Assembly: GCF_964355755.1 (NCBI RefSeq)
Contig: NC_092674.1
Coordinates: forward strand, 17,918,001 to 17,982,000
Direction: 5' to 3'
Length of the DNA: 64,000 nt
Origin: Antedon mediterranea
Lineage: Eukaryota; Animalia; Echinodermata
The notes under the pieces are model-generated. The model was not told the origin of the DNA. It did not search any database and saw nothing but the letters and a program-made list of their open reading frames with translations. The first letter of the stretch is position 1, and every line of letters begins with the position of its first letter. This document shows, one piece after another, positions 13,357 to 25,573 of this stretch. A program made the translations under genes and the position numbers.

Positions 13357-13952
13357 CATCCGGGGCACCGGGATCCCGATATTTTCGACCAAAATTTGGT
13401 CGAAAATACCGGGATCCCGATCTTTTGGGAATCCTGATTACCCATCCCGTATCGGGATTTTCATCTGGATTCTTTTGGTCTGGAATTTTGGTTGGGAATT
13501 TAGGTCGAAAATATCGGGATCCCGGACTACGTCCCGATCTTTTGAGAATCCTGATTACCCATCCCGTATCAGGATTTTCATCTGGATTCTTTTGGTCTGG
13601 AATTTTGGTCGAAAATATCTTGGTCCTGGACGACTTCCCGATCTTTTGGAAATCGCGATTACCCATCCGATTTTCATTGGGATTCACAAAAAATTGGTAT
13701 TCCCAATAAAAAAATATCTCGATTTTTGGCGAAATTTTAATCGGGATAATGCGCAAAACCGAACGGGATTTTTAACCGGGATACTGATCAGGATCCCCCC
13801 AAGAATCCTGATCGATATCCCGGTTAAAATTCGTTTTTGCGCATTATCCAGATTAAAATTTTGCCAAAAAATTGAGATATTTTTATTGGGATTTAGGCCT
13901 ATTAAGTGCCATGGGATTTCAGCTGTAAATTTAATCCCGCCATGGTGAAGGG
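13357..13952. repeat. GC-richer complex repeat of ~120-bp direct repeats and nested palindromes (probable non-autonomous DNA transposon arm)
   Basis: CGGGATCCCG-centred palindromes (13369-13420), direct repeats ~13410-13525 and ~13532-13650, and an ~85-bp-arm inverted repeat at 13701-13891. Confidence 0.6.
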
Positions 13953-14749
13953 ATTTCATATGGTAATGTTAGTTCTGACTTTGGGTCACTCGTTACACCA
14001 ACTGATAATTTGTGAAACGATTTTCATCAAATATTTCAATAATTATTTGCATGTTGGAAACATTCAAGACAACATCAAAAAGAGAATTCTTCGACTAGTT
14101 TCTGACTACATAAAATAGATAGGTGACTACCTATTAAAAGTACACAGTAAGTAGTTGTATCATTAGTAGGGTAGGAAGGAGGGGTTACCGTGCACCCCCA
14201 CGATGTATTTTTTTAATGTACATTTTTGTAATCCTGAATATATATAATTAACATTTTTTGATGTTCCCAAGACGAAATATTGTCCCATGGGGGTTTTTTG
14301 GGGCCATTTTGGTGGCCATCTTGGATTTATCAAAATCTTAAATATAGACGGTACTTGACAAAGAGTGATCATAGAGGTCTAATTTTGGTCTTAAATTGTT
14401 CAGAATATGCACATTTCTGTGTACTATAATAAAAAGCTTTTGTTCAAAATGGCCGGAAATGCCACTTTTGACCTTTGACCTTGTTTTTACATAATTGTCA
14501 TATCTTGGTAACCCCCTTGTCATAAAGATTTTATTTTTGTCATAAATTGTTCAGAATTATATCCATATTTATATTAGCTTTAATGAAACATATTCTTGAA
14601 ATTTGGTGGGAAATATCACTTTTGACCTTTGACATTATTGCACGATTTTCACAATAATTTAGAATATTTTTGTATTCGTTCTATATCTTGACAACCAGTG
14701 GTCATAGAGGTTTGATTTTGGTCTTATGTTGTTCAGAATATGCACTTTC

Positions 14750-15300
14750 CTATGTATGCACTCCAGTAATTTTGTATCGGTTCTCGACTGCTATGACGAC
14801 TTGCCATCTGATCATATGGCTTTAACTGCTTTGGTCAACCTGAGTCGTCCACCTTCTATTGTTGTGCAACACAGCGCAAGCTTAAGGAAATCAATCACGT
14901 TGAGTTCTGTGATGATATTCGTTCATCATCACTGTTACTCAATCCTTCTGACTGCCTAAATACCCTAGTCCAACAATACAATTCTCTTCTTGGAAATCTT
15001 TTTGACAAGCATGCGCCTGTGGTTGACCGTAAAATCACTTTACGTCCCCATGCCCCGTGGTACGACGACCAACTTCGGAGTGAGAAACGTCTAAAGCATA
15101 TTGCAGAGAGAAAGTGGAAGAAGTCAGTACTGTTATACAGTCTTATCATCGTTCCTGTCATGACTACTCATTACACCTTACTGAAGCAAAGAAACAGTAT
15201 CACACTACTCGTTTTTAGAAATGCGATCAGCGTAACCTTTTTCATCTCGTCAACGAACTTGTAGATGCAGGTCATGGTCAGGTTTTGCCTTCATATGCTG
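14750..15300 (+). mobile_element. L2/CR1-group LINE fragment (endonuclease-RT linker)
   Basis: Frameshifted peptides LPSDH and DKHAPVVDRKITLRPHAPWYDDQLRSEKRLKHIAERKWKKS are typical of LINE ORF2. Confidence 0.7.
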
Positions 15301-15369
15301 AACATAGTTGATATAGCACTATTTAAAGTAGGTCTTTCAGCTACACCATTGTTAGTAGTTTTTAATAGA

Positions 15370-16660
15370 TATTTTTCACCTTAAGAGTTTTTATGTAGAC
15401 AGGGAGTAGTCTCTATCTATCTATTTATAATAGATATTTAGTAGATATGAAATAAAAGTTAAATGTAGTTTTTTATTTGTTAATCGGTTATAGATATCTC
15501 TTGTCTATCTATTATAAGTAGACAGTTGATAGATAATACACAACTTTGTTACTCATAGATTTCTAATAGACTTGTAGTAGTCTCCATCTATCTATATATA
15601 ATAGAAATAACAAGAAATTTGTCTGTTTTATTTATATATAATAGATATTTAATAGGTATGAAATAAAAGTTAAATGCAGTTTGTTAATAGGTTATAGATA
15701 TCTGTTGTCTATCTATTATAAGAAGACAGTTGATAGATAATACACAACTTTGTTACTCATAGAATTCTAATAGACTTGTAGTAGCCTCCATCTATCTATA
15801 TTTAATAGGTATGGAATATAAGATAAATGTAGTTTGTTAATATATAGATACCTGTTGTCTATCTATTATAAGTAGACAGTTGATAGATAATACACAACTT
15901 TGTTACTCATAGATTTCTAATAGACTTGTTACTGTACTAGCCTCCGCCTATCTATATTATAATAGATTTAATAGGTATGGAAAATAAATTAAATGCAGTT
16001 TGTTAATAGGTTTTATATAACACCTATATAAATTCCTGTCATTTGATTGGACGAATGTGGGTCACATGGCGTGCAATAGTACGCACTATTCAACGATCGT
16101 TAAATAGTACTTTTTGAAACATTTTTGTGTACGAAAAAAAAACGTCTAGATGTTATATAAAACAAATAATGAATGTTTTGTATTCGTGTAATGGTACAAA
16201 TAATGGCACTTGGTGAATGATGAAAGGTTATATCAACTCGGCTTTGCCTCGTTGATATAACCTTTCATCATTCACCTCGTGCCATTATTTGTACCATTGC
16301 ACTCATAAACATTCATTATTTGTATAATAGATATCTGGTGTCTATCTATTATAAGTAGACAGTTGATAGATAATACACAACTTTGTTACTCATAGAATTC
16401 TAATAGACTCCACCTATCTATATATAATATATATTTAGTAGGTATGGAAAATAAATTAAATGCAGTTTGTTAATAGGTTATAGATACCTGGTGTCTATCT
16501 ATTATAAGTAGACAGTTGATAGATAATATACAACTTTGTTACTCATAGATTTCTAATAGACTTGTTGTAGCCTCCACCTATCTATATATAATAGATATTT
16601 AGTAGGTGTGAAATATGTAGTTTGTTAATAGTTGTAGATAGCTGTTGCCTATCTATTATT
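15370..16660. repeat. Degenerate ~150-200-bp tandem array interrupted by a 314-bp insertion
   Basis: Core GTCTATCTATTATAAGTAGACAGTTGATAGATAATACACAACTTTGTTACTCATAG at ~15504, 15707, 15857, 16340 and 16492. Confidence 0.85.
16013..16326 (+). mobile_element. 314-bp hairpin-ended element without TSD (Crypton-like non-autonomous element)
   Basis: TTATATAACACC...long hairpin with loop CTCGGCTTTGCCTCG...TTTGTATA. The empty site GGTT|ATAGAT is visible in sister repeat units. Near-identical copy at 27135-27448. Confidence 0.7.
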
Positions 16661-16869
16661 GCATGTGTATACTTGTTACACCCAAATTCCCGCTTTTTTT
16701 TTTGCAGCAGCAGCATGCACGATGCAGATGATTAGAGAAAAAAAGGAGCATTTGCTTGTTGTAGGCCTATTCGATCAGACCATGAATGTTTATTTTTATT
16801 CCAACCACAATTAGTGGTAAGTGAATCAATCCATATCTTTACATTGTATTTGTTAAAGTTAATGTGTTC

Positions 16870-17290
16870 CTTTCTGATAGGCTTGTAGGCCTACTCTATA
16901 GCCAGCCAGGCCTAGTACTAGTTAGTAGGTTAGGCTAATAAGCTAGGTAGGCCCTAGCCTAGGCTAGTAGCAGGTGCTAAATAGTAGGCCTAGGCTATAG
17001 CCTAGTCTTTTTTATTATAGTAATAATTATAGTGCACTAGGCATTTTTCATCCAAGTTATACTTATAATAGCCTAGCCTAGGCCTAATATACTTTATAGC
17101 CTAAGCTTATAGGCCTACTACTAGTTGGCCTAGGCCCTACATTATAAAATAGATTTTTTAGTTTATAATATTAATACTAAATAGTTATACTGGGCTGCCT
17201 AGGCCTATTATCAGTTTGTTAATAGGCCTAAGCCTAGTCTATCAATAGGTTATTATTGGTAGCCCTAGTAGTCCAGGCAACCTAGAGTAA
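16870..17290. repeat. Low-complexity TAGGCCTA/CTAG-rich region
   Basis: Dense TAGGC/GCCTA/CTAG words; similar patches at 44845-44935 and 46470-46530. Confidence 0.6.
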
Positions 17291-17404
17291 CCCAAAACAA
17301 ATTGCAATAGTTTTCAAACCTTTTTTATCTGATTTAGTACCTAATAAGACACTTCATTTTCAAAATCTACCAAAATCGGATTAGTGGAACATATAATTTA
17401 GGGG

Positions 17405-19860
17405 TCATTTGAGGTCAAATAGGTCAAATTTGGTATTAACCACATATTTAGATACAACGGGTGTCACGAAACCTAAGACCCCCTAAGACCTAAGATCACG
17501 AAAGCTAAGACCCAAGACCTACTGTAAGATTACAAATATTTATCTTTCGCACCTGCCTTGTATTTTAACTCCCAACATTTATTCTGAATACCGGCACACC
17601 TTAGAATTGGCACTTTCATGAAAAAGAATCACATAAAAAGTAACAAATACATTTTTAAATTGATGATTTTACAGACGTTTTTCTCGCACACAAAATGACT
17701 AGCCTACAGTACAGTAGGCCTACCCCATGTTCAATGTTTTTGTTTCTATGGAACGTCAAAAGAGCAAAAATTATATAGAGGGCTGAAAACTGTGTGGAGT
17801 CCATCTACAGTGTGGATGGAACAATGTAAAATTAAAATTGTAATGATAATAGTATAATCATGCAAGTACGAGGAAATAAATACTGGCAAATAAATTTTAA
17901 TTAAAAAATCATGATAAGTTTTTTTGTTTCGTTTTCTTTCTGTTTTTATACTTGTACTATTATTGCTGCTCTTTTGGCGCTCCATAGAAACAAAAACATT
18001 GAGCATGGGGAGCTTGAGGAGTTACATTACAGTATACAAAGAAACACATCTGTAAAATCATCAATTTAAAGGATTTATTTATTTGTTATTATGTGTTTCT
18101 CCTTCTGAAAGTACTTATCAGTCCTAATTTTAAAGTGTGGTGTTCAGGATAAAGTTAGTCAACAAATTTGGAGTCAAAATACAAGAAAGGCAGGTGCGTA
18201 AGAAAAACATCCTCTGAACCAACACAATGGAGTAAATATATACAAACAAACACCCCGTCAAGTTTGTTTGGTGTAAAGAAAAAATATACATTTACTCAAC
18301 GGGCGAAAATAATGTGAGTTTATCTATGTTTTGCGGTGGTATTAAATTATATTTATGGTAATAAATGAAACCTACTGTGTTTAAAATTATGTATGGATAA
18401 ACAAGTATTGTTTTTAAGCTGTAGTATATCTTAGAATTTGTAGTCTTGGGTCTTAGCTTTCGTGATCTTAGGTCTTATGGGGGGGGGGGTCTTAGCTTTC
18501 GTAATCTTAGGTTTCGTGACACCCAACTTATGACTGGTATAAGATATTTTTTATCAAATGACATATCATATCATAGCTATTTAAATTATCTCTCTGATGA
18601 TACCAAGCATGATATGTTTTCATGCAGACATAGTATAGTTATTGGGTGAAAATTGTAATTTTTTTTACAATTTTATCCAAAATTAAATTTTTTCAAGAAT
18701 TATTTTTTGGTAAAAATGGAAAATAATTTTTATTTTTTAAACAAAATTGTACCAATATTTTTCCTATAGTATAGTTATGTTGAATTTACAATATCAAAAC
18801 TGAAACACAATTTGGTACGGAATTACATGAATTTAAATAGAAACACACAAAATTTGAGGTCAAATTTGGTATTAATCATATTTTTTTGTATATAACGTAT
18901 GACTGGTATAACATATTTTATCAAATGTAGTATCACATTTTAGCTATTTCAATTATCTATTTAATGATAGCCAACTTGATATGTTTACATGCAATCATGG
19001 TATAGGTTTTGGTTGAAAATTGTAATTTTTAAAAATTTGTATTCAAAAATAAAATTTTTCAATAATTATATTTTAGTAAAAATAGAACTTAATGACATAT
19101 TTTATAAAAACAAAGTTTTACAAATATGCTTTTGATTCTCTATATTTATTGATATTGTATCAGTGTATATGTAGTGTATATGTAATGTAAATGTATAAAT
19201 GATCTCTTACAGAGTTTTTTTTAAAGATGTAAGGGGAAACTTAATATAAATGAAAATATTTATATATTTAAAAAGACAATACACAAACATAAAAAAAAAT
19301 TGTTTATTTATCAAAATGATTGTTTTGAAATGAAATAAAGGTGAGTGAACCTCACAAAAGAGCAAAAAAAAAGTTTTACAAATATTTTGCCTATAATATA
19401 GTTATGTAAAAAACAATATAAAAACTGAAACGTAATTTGGTACGGAACTACAGGCATTTAAATAGAAACACTCAAAATTTGAGGTCAAATTTGCTTTTAA
19501 TCACTTTTTTAGATATAACTTATGACTGATGTAACATACTTTATCAAAAAAAGGTATCATATAATAGCTATTCTAATTATCTATCTAATGATACCAAACA
19601 TGATATGTTTACATGCAAAAATTGTAAATTTTTTTGGCGAAAATGGTAATTTTTTTATTTTTTTATCCAAAATTACAATTTTTCAAGAACTATATTTTTA
19701 GTAAAATTGGAACTTAATGACATTTTTTAAAACACATTTTTACCAATATTTTTCCGATAATATAGTCATGTTAAATTTACAATATCTAAACTGCAAAATG
19801 CAATTTGGTTAGGAATTACAGGAATTTAAATAGAAACACTCAACAATTTTAGGTCAAATG
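17405..19860. repeat. Degenerate ~370-bp tandem repeats (host of the 17459-18524 MITE)
   Basis: Recurring GAGGTCAAATTTGG...TATGACTGGTATAA...TGATATGTTTACATGC units at ~17420, 18855, 19480 and 19850. Confidence 0.7.
17459..18524. mobile_element. Non-autonomous TIR element with 3-bp TSD
   Basis: TIRs GGGTGTCACGAAACCTAAGA...TCTTAGGTTTCGTGACACCC with subterminal CTAAGA repeats; TSD AAC on both sides. The host unit AGATAcAAC|TTATGACTG is restored on removal. Additional imperfect internal inverted arms. Confidence 0.8.
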
Positions 19861-20468
19861 TTACAAACATGGTCCAAACCAGGACAAAACTGCGATTTTT
19901 TTCTGTCAAAGTTTTCTCAATGGAATTTTCCACTCGGAATTGTCATCCAAATACCATAATCTTTGGAGCCACGCTTACCTTTTCCCCAAATCCAAGATGG
20001 CGTCCACAATTCAAAATAGCTGCCAAAAGTATATAAACTGTATTCATAATGGCTATGAAATGTTCTTTCCCCACTTTTTAAAGTGGATATGCCATCCTCA
20101 GCATGTATCTTTAATTTAAAATGTGAGTTCAAATCCAAGATGTCCTCCAAAATTCAAGATGGCTGTGATGTTTATTTTTCTTTGAATTTGGGCAAAGTTT
20201 ATTACTTTCGTGGCAACCCTTTGTCGCCATGATTCGCGAGAGAATATAACATTATTAGCATTAGTTCGAGAAAACTTATGATTGAATCATCTTTATGTAG
20301 ACTGTTTGTAGAGTACAGCTCTTGTAAGTAAGATCATCACTTCCATAATTATACCGTACTCCGAGTTGTTGATATTTATAAATTGTATTATGATTAGTTA
20401 GTCCATACACGTACATTGTACGTCGCAGCCTGTGTTCAGGCGCGTGTGAAGGGGGTTTGAAAGCTAGG

Positions 20469-20921
20469 TGTTCTCGCCCGTATTGCGACGTTGCCCTAGG
20501 CGTACGTCATTTCGCTAGCGCGTTGGCTAGGCCTTGTTTTATGTGTGTGGATGCATTTGACCGCATCGTGGTGGGGACAGCCGGAGTTGAGGGCGCTGTC
20601 TCCTACCGCTGTTTTGTTGATTTAGCATTTTAATAATTTATTGTTGATAAGTTAGCTCTGTATTTTGAGTGAGTTTGAGGCTGTCATGAGGGCGCCCTTC
20701 GAGCTTTATTGTAATTATTGTTTTGTCATTTATTACAGTTTACCGTATTATACCGTATCGTACATCTGATGCAGTTTTAAGTATCGGTGTTTGTGTATCG
20801 ATCGTCGTAGAGTATCGACGTGAATAAATGCTGTTCAATAACTGATATTGTGTGACACGAGTATCCTTACGGTTATCTATCCGAATAGCGGGGCAGAGAT
20901 ACGCTTCGCGAGGTCAGAACA
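20469..20921 (+). repeat. 5' LTR of a BEL/Pao retrotransposon
   Basis: Inverted termini TGTTCT...AGAACA, AATAAA at 20823-20828, directly upstream of GTAAAAAGA and gag. No 3' LTR is present to confirm the boundaries. Confidence 0.65.
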
Positions 20922-20963
20922 GTAAAAAGAGCTACCTTCACAGCAGTCATCACTGAGTTTAAG

Positions 20964-23900
20964 ATGTCAACCAAAAGCAGTAGGCAGAGTAGGCCTAGCC
21001 AAAGGTCGACCAATTCATCTGCCAGGTCGCTGTTAGAGCTATCAGCTGCCCAAGCCAGAGCAGAAGCAGCAGTAGCGGCCGCCCGAGCATCCTTCATCGA
21101 GAAAAAGGCAGCTGCTACCTTGGAGGCTGCGCAAAAGAAAGCCGCTGCCGATGTGGAAGCCACGAGAGCGGCACTTATGATTGACAGAATTGAGCAAGAC
21201 GAGGCATTTGCTACCGCCCAGGCACGAGCCAGTGTATTGGAGGAGTTACAGCAGCTGTCTGGTAGCCAAGCTCTATCAGAGCTACCAGAAGAAGATGCTA
21301 GTCAGATTACCTGATGGCTGATGACCTGATGGCTGATGACCTAATGGCTGAGGTAGTAGGTCAAAACGAGGAACCTAACCCACCCGGTTTAGTACAGACT
21401 ACAGGCGCACCTAGGCAATCGTCGCTTGATCCGACAGCATTGCCGTTTGACTTAAAAGAAGAAAAAGCCAGTGTAGGCCTCCAAATTAAAAATGAAGCAA
21501 AGGGTCAACCCGATGCGACTTCCCCTGCTGTTTCTTACAACATAACAGAAGAATATGTTCGTATCCTAGCCAGACAGAGACTTCCACTGCAGGAGCCTGA
21601 TGTGTTTACTGGAAAGCCGTTAACGTTCCTACCATGGAAAAGGTCGTTTGAGTCAATGGTGAAGTCTGGTTGTGTGGACACCGTAGAGAAGCTTTCCTTC
21701 TTGGGCAAGTACACAACAGATGAAGCTAAGGTATTGGTGGATCGATACCGATTAAGAAATGTAGGAAATGTAGAGAAAGCATATTTCGGTGCATGGGAAG
21801 AGTTAGAGAAAAGATTTGGGAACCCAACAGTAATTTCTGCAGAGATCATAAGACAACTGACAACGTTTAGAAAGATCAGAGAAGTGATACGAAAGCATTG
21901 CAAGAGCTAGCAGACTTGTGCCGCGACACAGTTGCATATATAGAGGTGCTGCCGCACTTAGTGTTGTTGAATACTCCGCATGGACTTAACCCAGTAGTAG
22001 ATAAACTCCCTACTTTCATCCTAAACAAATGGAGGCACAGAGTAACCAGTTTCAAGAAGAAGTCGAGTTCAGGTGTCTTTCCCCCTTTTAGTTATTTTAC
22101 AGAGTTCCTGTCGGACATGGCTTATGCTCTACGAGATCCGGATATACCAAACAGAGCCGAAGATTTTAAAGTAGAATCAGAGAAACGACGTAAAAAGTAC
22201 CGAAGTAAAAAAAAGAAATGGAGGAGGGAAGTTTATGTGCCCAATTCACCACAGCACTCACTTGCTTTCACAGTGCAGAGCATTCTTAAAGAAGTCTGAT
22301 GAGGAAAAATGCTCTTTATTGAAGGAACATCGGATTTGCTTCAGATGTCTGGATGCCACATCACACATGGCAAGAGAATGCAAGGTACAAGTTCAGTGTG
22401 ACACATGCGGAAGTACGAAACACTTAGAAGCCTTGCATTTCCGAACAACAGTTCCTAAGAAGGATGGCGGGGAGTCTACTACAGCCAATTCTACTGTGGC
22501 ATCTACTACAGCCAAATCTACTGTGGCATCTACTACTGCATCTACTTCTGCCACAGCTACAGTTCCGTGCACCGATGTGTGCGGACCAATGTCATTTGGA
22601 AGGTCCTGCTCGAAGATTTGCATGGCCCGTGTGTACGTGGAAGGAAAACCGGAGGTCTCAATAAAGGCGTATGTCATTATTGACGATCAAAGTAATCGAT
22701 CTCTTGCCAAGTCCGAGGTTTTTGATATGCTGAAGATCGAGAGTGAGCCCACTACCTTTACATTGAAAACATGTTCAGGTGCAGCGAAAACCGTTGGTCG
22801 GCAAGCTAGAAGTCTGGTCATCGAGTCCATAGATGAAAGCATTGCTATTCCTGTCCATAATGTGCTTGAATGCCAAGACATCCCAGGAAGTAGAACAGAG
22901 ATACCAACACCGGAGGCAGCACGACACTTTCCTCATCTACAGCCAATAGCCAAACTTATACCACCATTGGATCCGGATGTAGATATTTTGTTGCTATTAG
23001 GACGTGATGCGCCTCAAGCACACAAGGCCAGAGAAGTTCGGAATGGGCCCAACAACCTGCCATGGGCTCAACGCTTGGACCTAGGATGGGTCGTAATTGG
23101 AGAAGTTTGCCTGGATGGGGCACATCGAGATAATATTGTTGGCACTCTACATACCCATGTCCTGTCAAATAGTAGACCGTCTACTGTGAAGCCGTGCCCA
23201 AACTTCATAAACGTGAAAGGAAGAGTTGTAGAAGACAGCAAGCTAAGACAGACCGAACCGGATTCCAGAGTATTTGAGAGAAGAGAAGATGATGAACGAA
23301 TTGGAATGTCTGTGGAAGATCAGAAGTTCCTAAGGTTGATGGACAAAGAATTCAGTCGCAATGAAGCAGGTAATTGGATTGCGCCACTCCCTTTCCGCCA
23401 TCCGAGACCAACATTGACGAACAACAAACAACAGGCAATAAGCCGATTTCACTCTTTGGTTCGGAACTTTGATCGTAAACCACGTATGAAAGACCATTAT
23501 TTTAGTTTATGGCCAACATCTTTAACAAGGGTCATGTTGAACCAGTGATAGAAGCCGATGACGACAAGGAGTGTTGGTATTTACCTCATTTCGGGGTGCA
23601 GAAGCCTAATAAGATTAGAGTGGTGTTTGATTCCAGTGCTGAGTACCAGGGATCTTCGTTGAATAGTGTGCTATTGAGTGGACCAGACATGGTTAATGGA
23701 TTGCTAGGTGTGCTAATAAGGTTTCGCGAGGAACCTGTTGCCTTTATGGTCGACGTAGAACAGATGTTCTATTCCTTTCAAGTGAAAGAAGAGCATAGAG
23801 ACTTTTTGCGTTTCTTATGGTTTGAAGACAATGACGCAAAGAAGAAGATGAAAACTTATCGAATGAAAGTGCATACATTTGGCAACAAACCGTCGCCAGC

Positions 23901-25573
23901 CGTTGCTACATTAGGTCTTCGTAGGACAGCAGAGGAAGGTGAGAGTGAATTTGGCTAGGATGCCAGATATTTTGTCGAAAGGAACTTCTATGTTGATGAT
24001 GGCTTAAAATCTCATGCCACACCTACCGAGGCAATAGACCTTTTGAAGCGGACTCAAGCTATGCTAGCTTCTGCAAAGTTGCGGTTGCACAAGATTGTGT
24101 CAAACAGTCAGGAGGTGATGAATGCCTTTAATCCGGAAGATCGTGCTGACAGTAAACAGGATCTAGATCTAGGCACAGATGCTCCTTCAACTCAGAGATC
24201 CCTCGGAGTCCATTGGGACATGAAAGCCGACACGTTTACATTTCGTATAGCCGGACACGACGAGCTATTTACAAAACGAAAGGTACTGTCAGAGATCAAC
24301 AGTATCTACGACCCCATTGGATTTGCTTCGCCGGTCGTCATAGCTGGAAAGATGTTGCTAAGAGACATGACACAAGAGAAAACTGATTGGGATGAACCAC
24401 TACCTAAACAGCTTCTATCTCAATGGCGTGAATGGAGGGCTTCTTTGGGTGCACTCTCACATGTCCAGATTCCTCGTGCGTACACACCCTTTCCGTCGAC
24501 GAGTTCCGTGCGCAGGGAACTGCATACATTTTCAGATGCGTCAAACAAAGCAATAGCCGCTGTTAGTTATCTCAAGACGACAGGGGAAGATGGTCACATT
24601 CATGTACGTTTCATGATTGGTAAGGTAAAGGCCGCTACGACTATACCCAGACTCGAGCTGTGTGGTGCCGTCCTTGCAGCAGAGATTGTAGAATTGGTGC
24701 AGGCAGAGCTAGATTTACCAATTGATGAGGTATATTTCTTCACCGACAGCAAAGTGGTGTTAGGGTACATATGCAACACAACTCGCCGTTTCCACATGTA
24801 TGTCTGCAACCGAGTGAACAGGATTCATAGATCAACCGATCCGAAACAATGGCGTTATGTCCCAACCCATCTGAACCCAGCAGATCTGGCTACGCGATCT
24901 ATAAAAGCTGAAGACCTGCAGAAATCAACATGGATAGTCGGACCCGAAACACTGCGCAAAACTACGTTTCCACCAAGCGATTTGTCATCTGTAGATTCGA
25001 CATGTGAACTTGCAGACGACCCAGAAGTGCGACCTATGGTTACATGTTCTAAGGTAGTAACTAAGAGCCAATCTCTTGGAACCGCAAGGTTTGGAAGGTT
25101 CTCTAGTTGGACCAGTGTAGTCAGGGCAGTGACCAACCTCCATGTTATACGTTGTACAAAACCAACTACCGAGAACGCAGGGTGCCGAAGTTGGCATGTA
25201 TGCGAGAGAAACAAGTCACTAGAAGAGACTCGCAGGGCAGAAGGAGTGATTATAAGATGTATACAGAGAGAGGCGTTTGGAGACGATATCAAGAAACTTG
25301 AAGAAGGAAAAGTAGTTGAGAAGAGTAGCAACGTTATTAAGTTAAATCCTATGTTGAACCAAGATGGAATTATGTGTGTAGGAGGTCGTCTCAGAAGATC
25401 CACCCTACCGACAGCAATCAAGCACCCAGTGTTGATACCAGGGAAAAGTCATGTAGGTACACTGCTTGTCAGACATTTCCACAATAAAATTCATCATCAA
25501 AGGAGACATTTTACAGAGGCAGCGATACGTTAAGCGGGGTTCTGGATAACAGGCTGTAAGAGATTGGTCTCTC
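20964..25573 (+). pseudogene. BEL/Pao gag-pol pseudogene
   Basis: Gag (FTGKPLTFLPWKRSF); knuckles CPIHHSTHLLSQC, CFRCLDATSHMAREC, CDTCGSTKHLEALH; protease IIDDQSNRSL; RT (IRVVFDSS, DVEQMF, FYVDDGL after the stop at 23956); RNase H (LHTFSDAS, TIPRLELCGA, NPADLATR); integrase HH motif. At least 4 frameshifts and 2 stops. Confidence 0.92.

Larger units (their letters stand above)
20469..25573 (+). mobile_element. BEL/Pao LTR retrotransposon, degenerate and 3'-truncated
   Basis: LTR followed by gag-pol in the order gag, three Cys/His knuckles, protease, RT, Pao RNase H, start of integrase. Confidence 0.93.

Noticed and set aside
13305-13959. Four overlapping ORFs of 91-157 aa
   Set aside because: By-products of palindromic and direct repeats; no recognisable domain.
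20873-25421. Minus-strand ORFs within the BEL element
   Set aside because: Antisense shadows of gag-pol.
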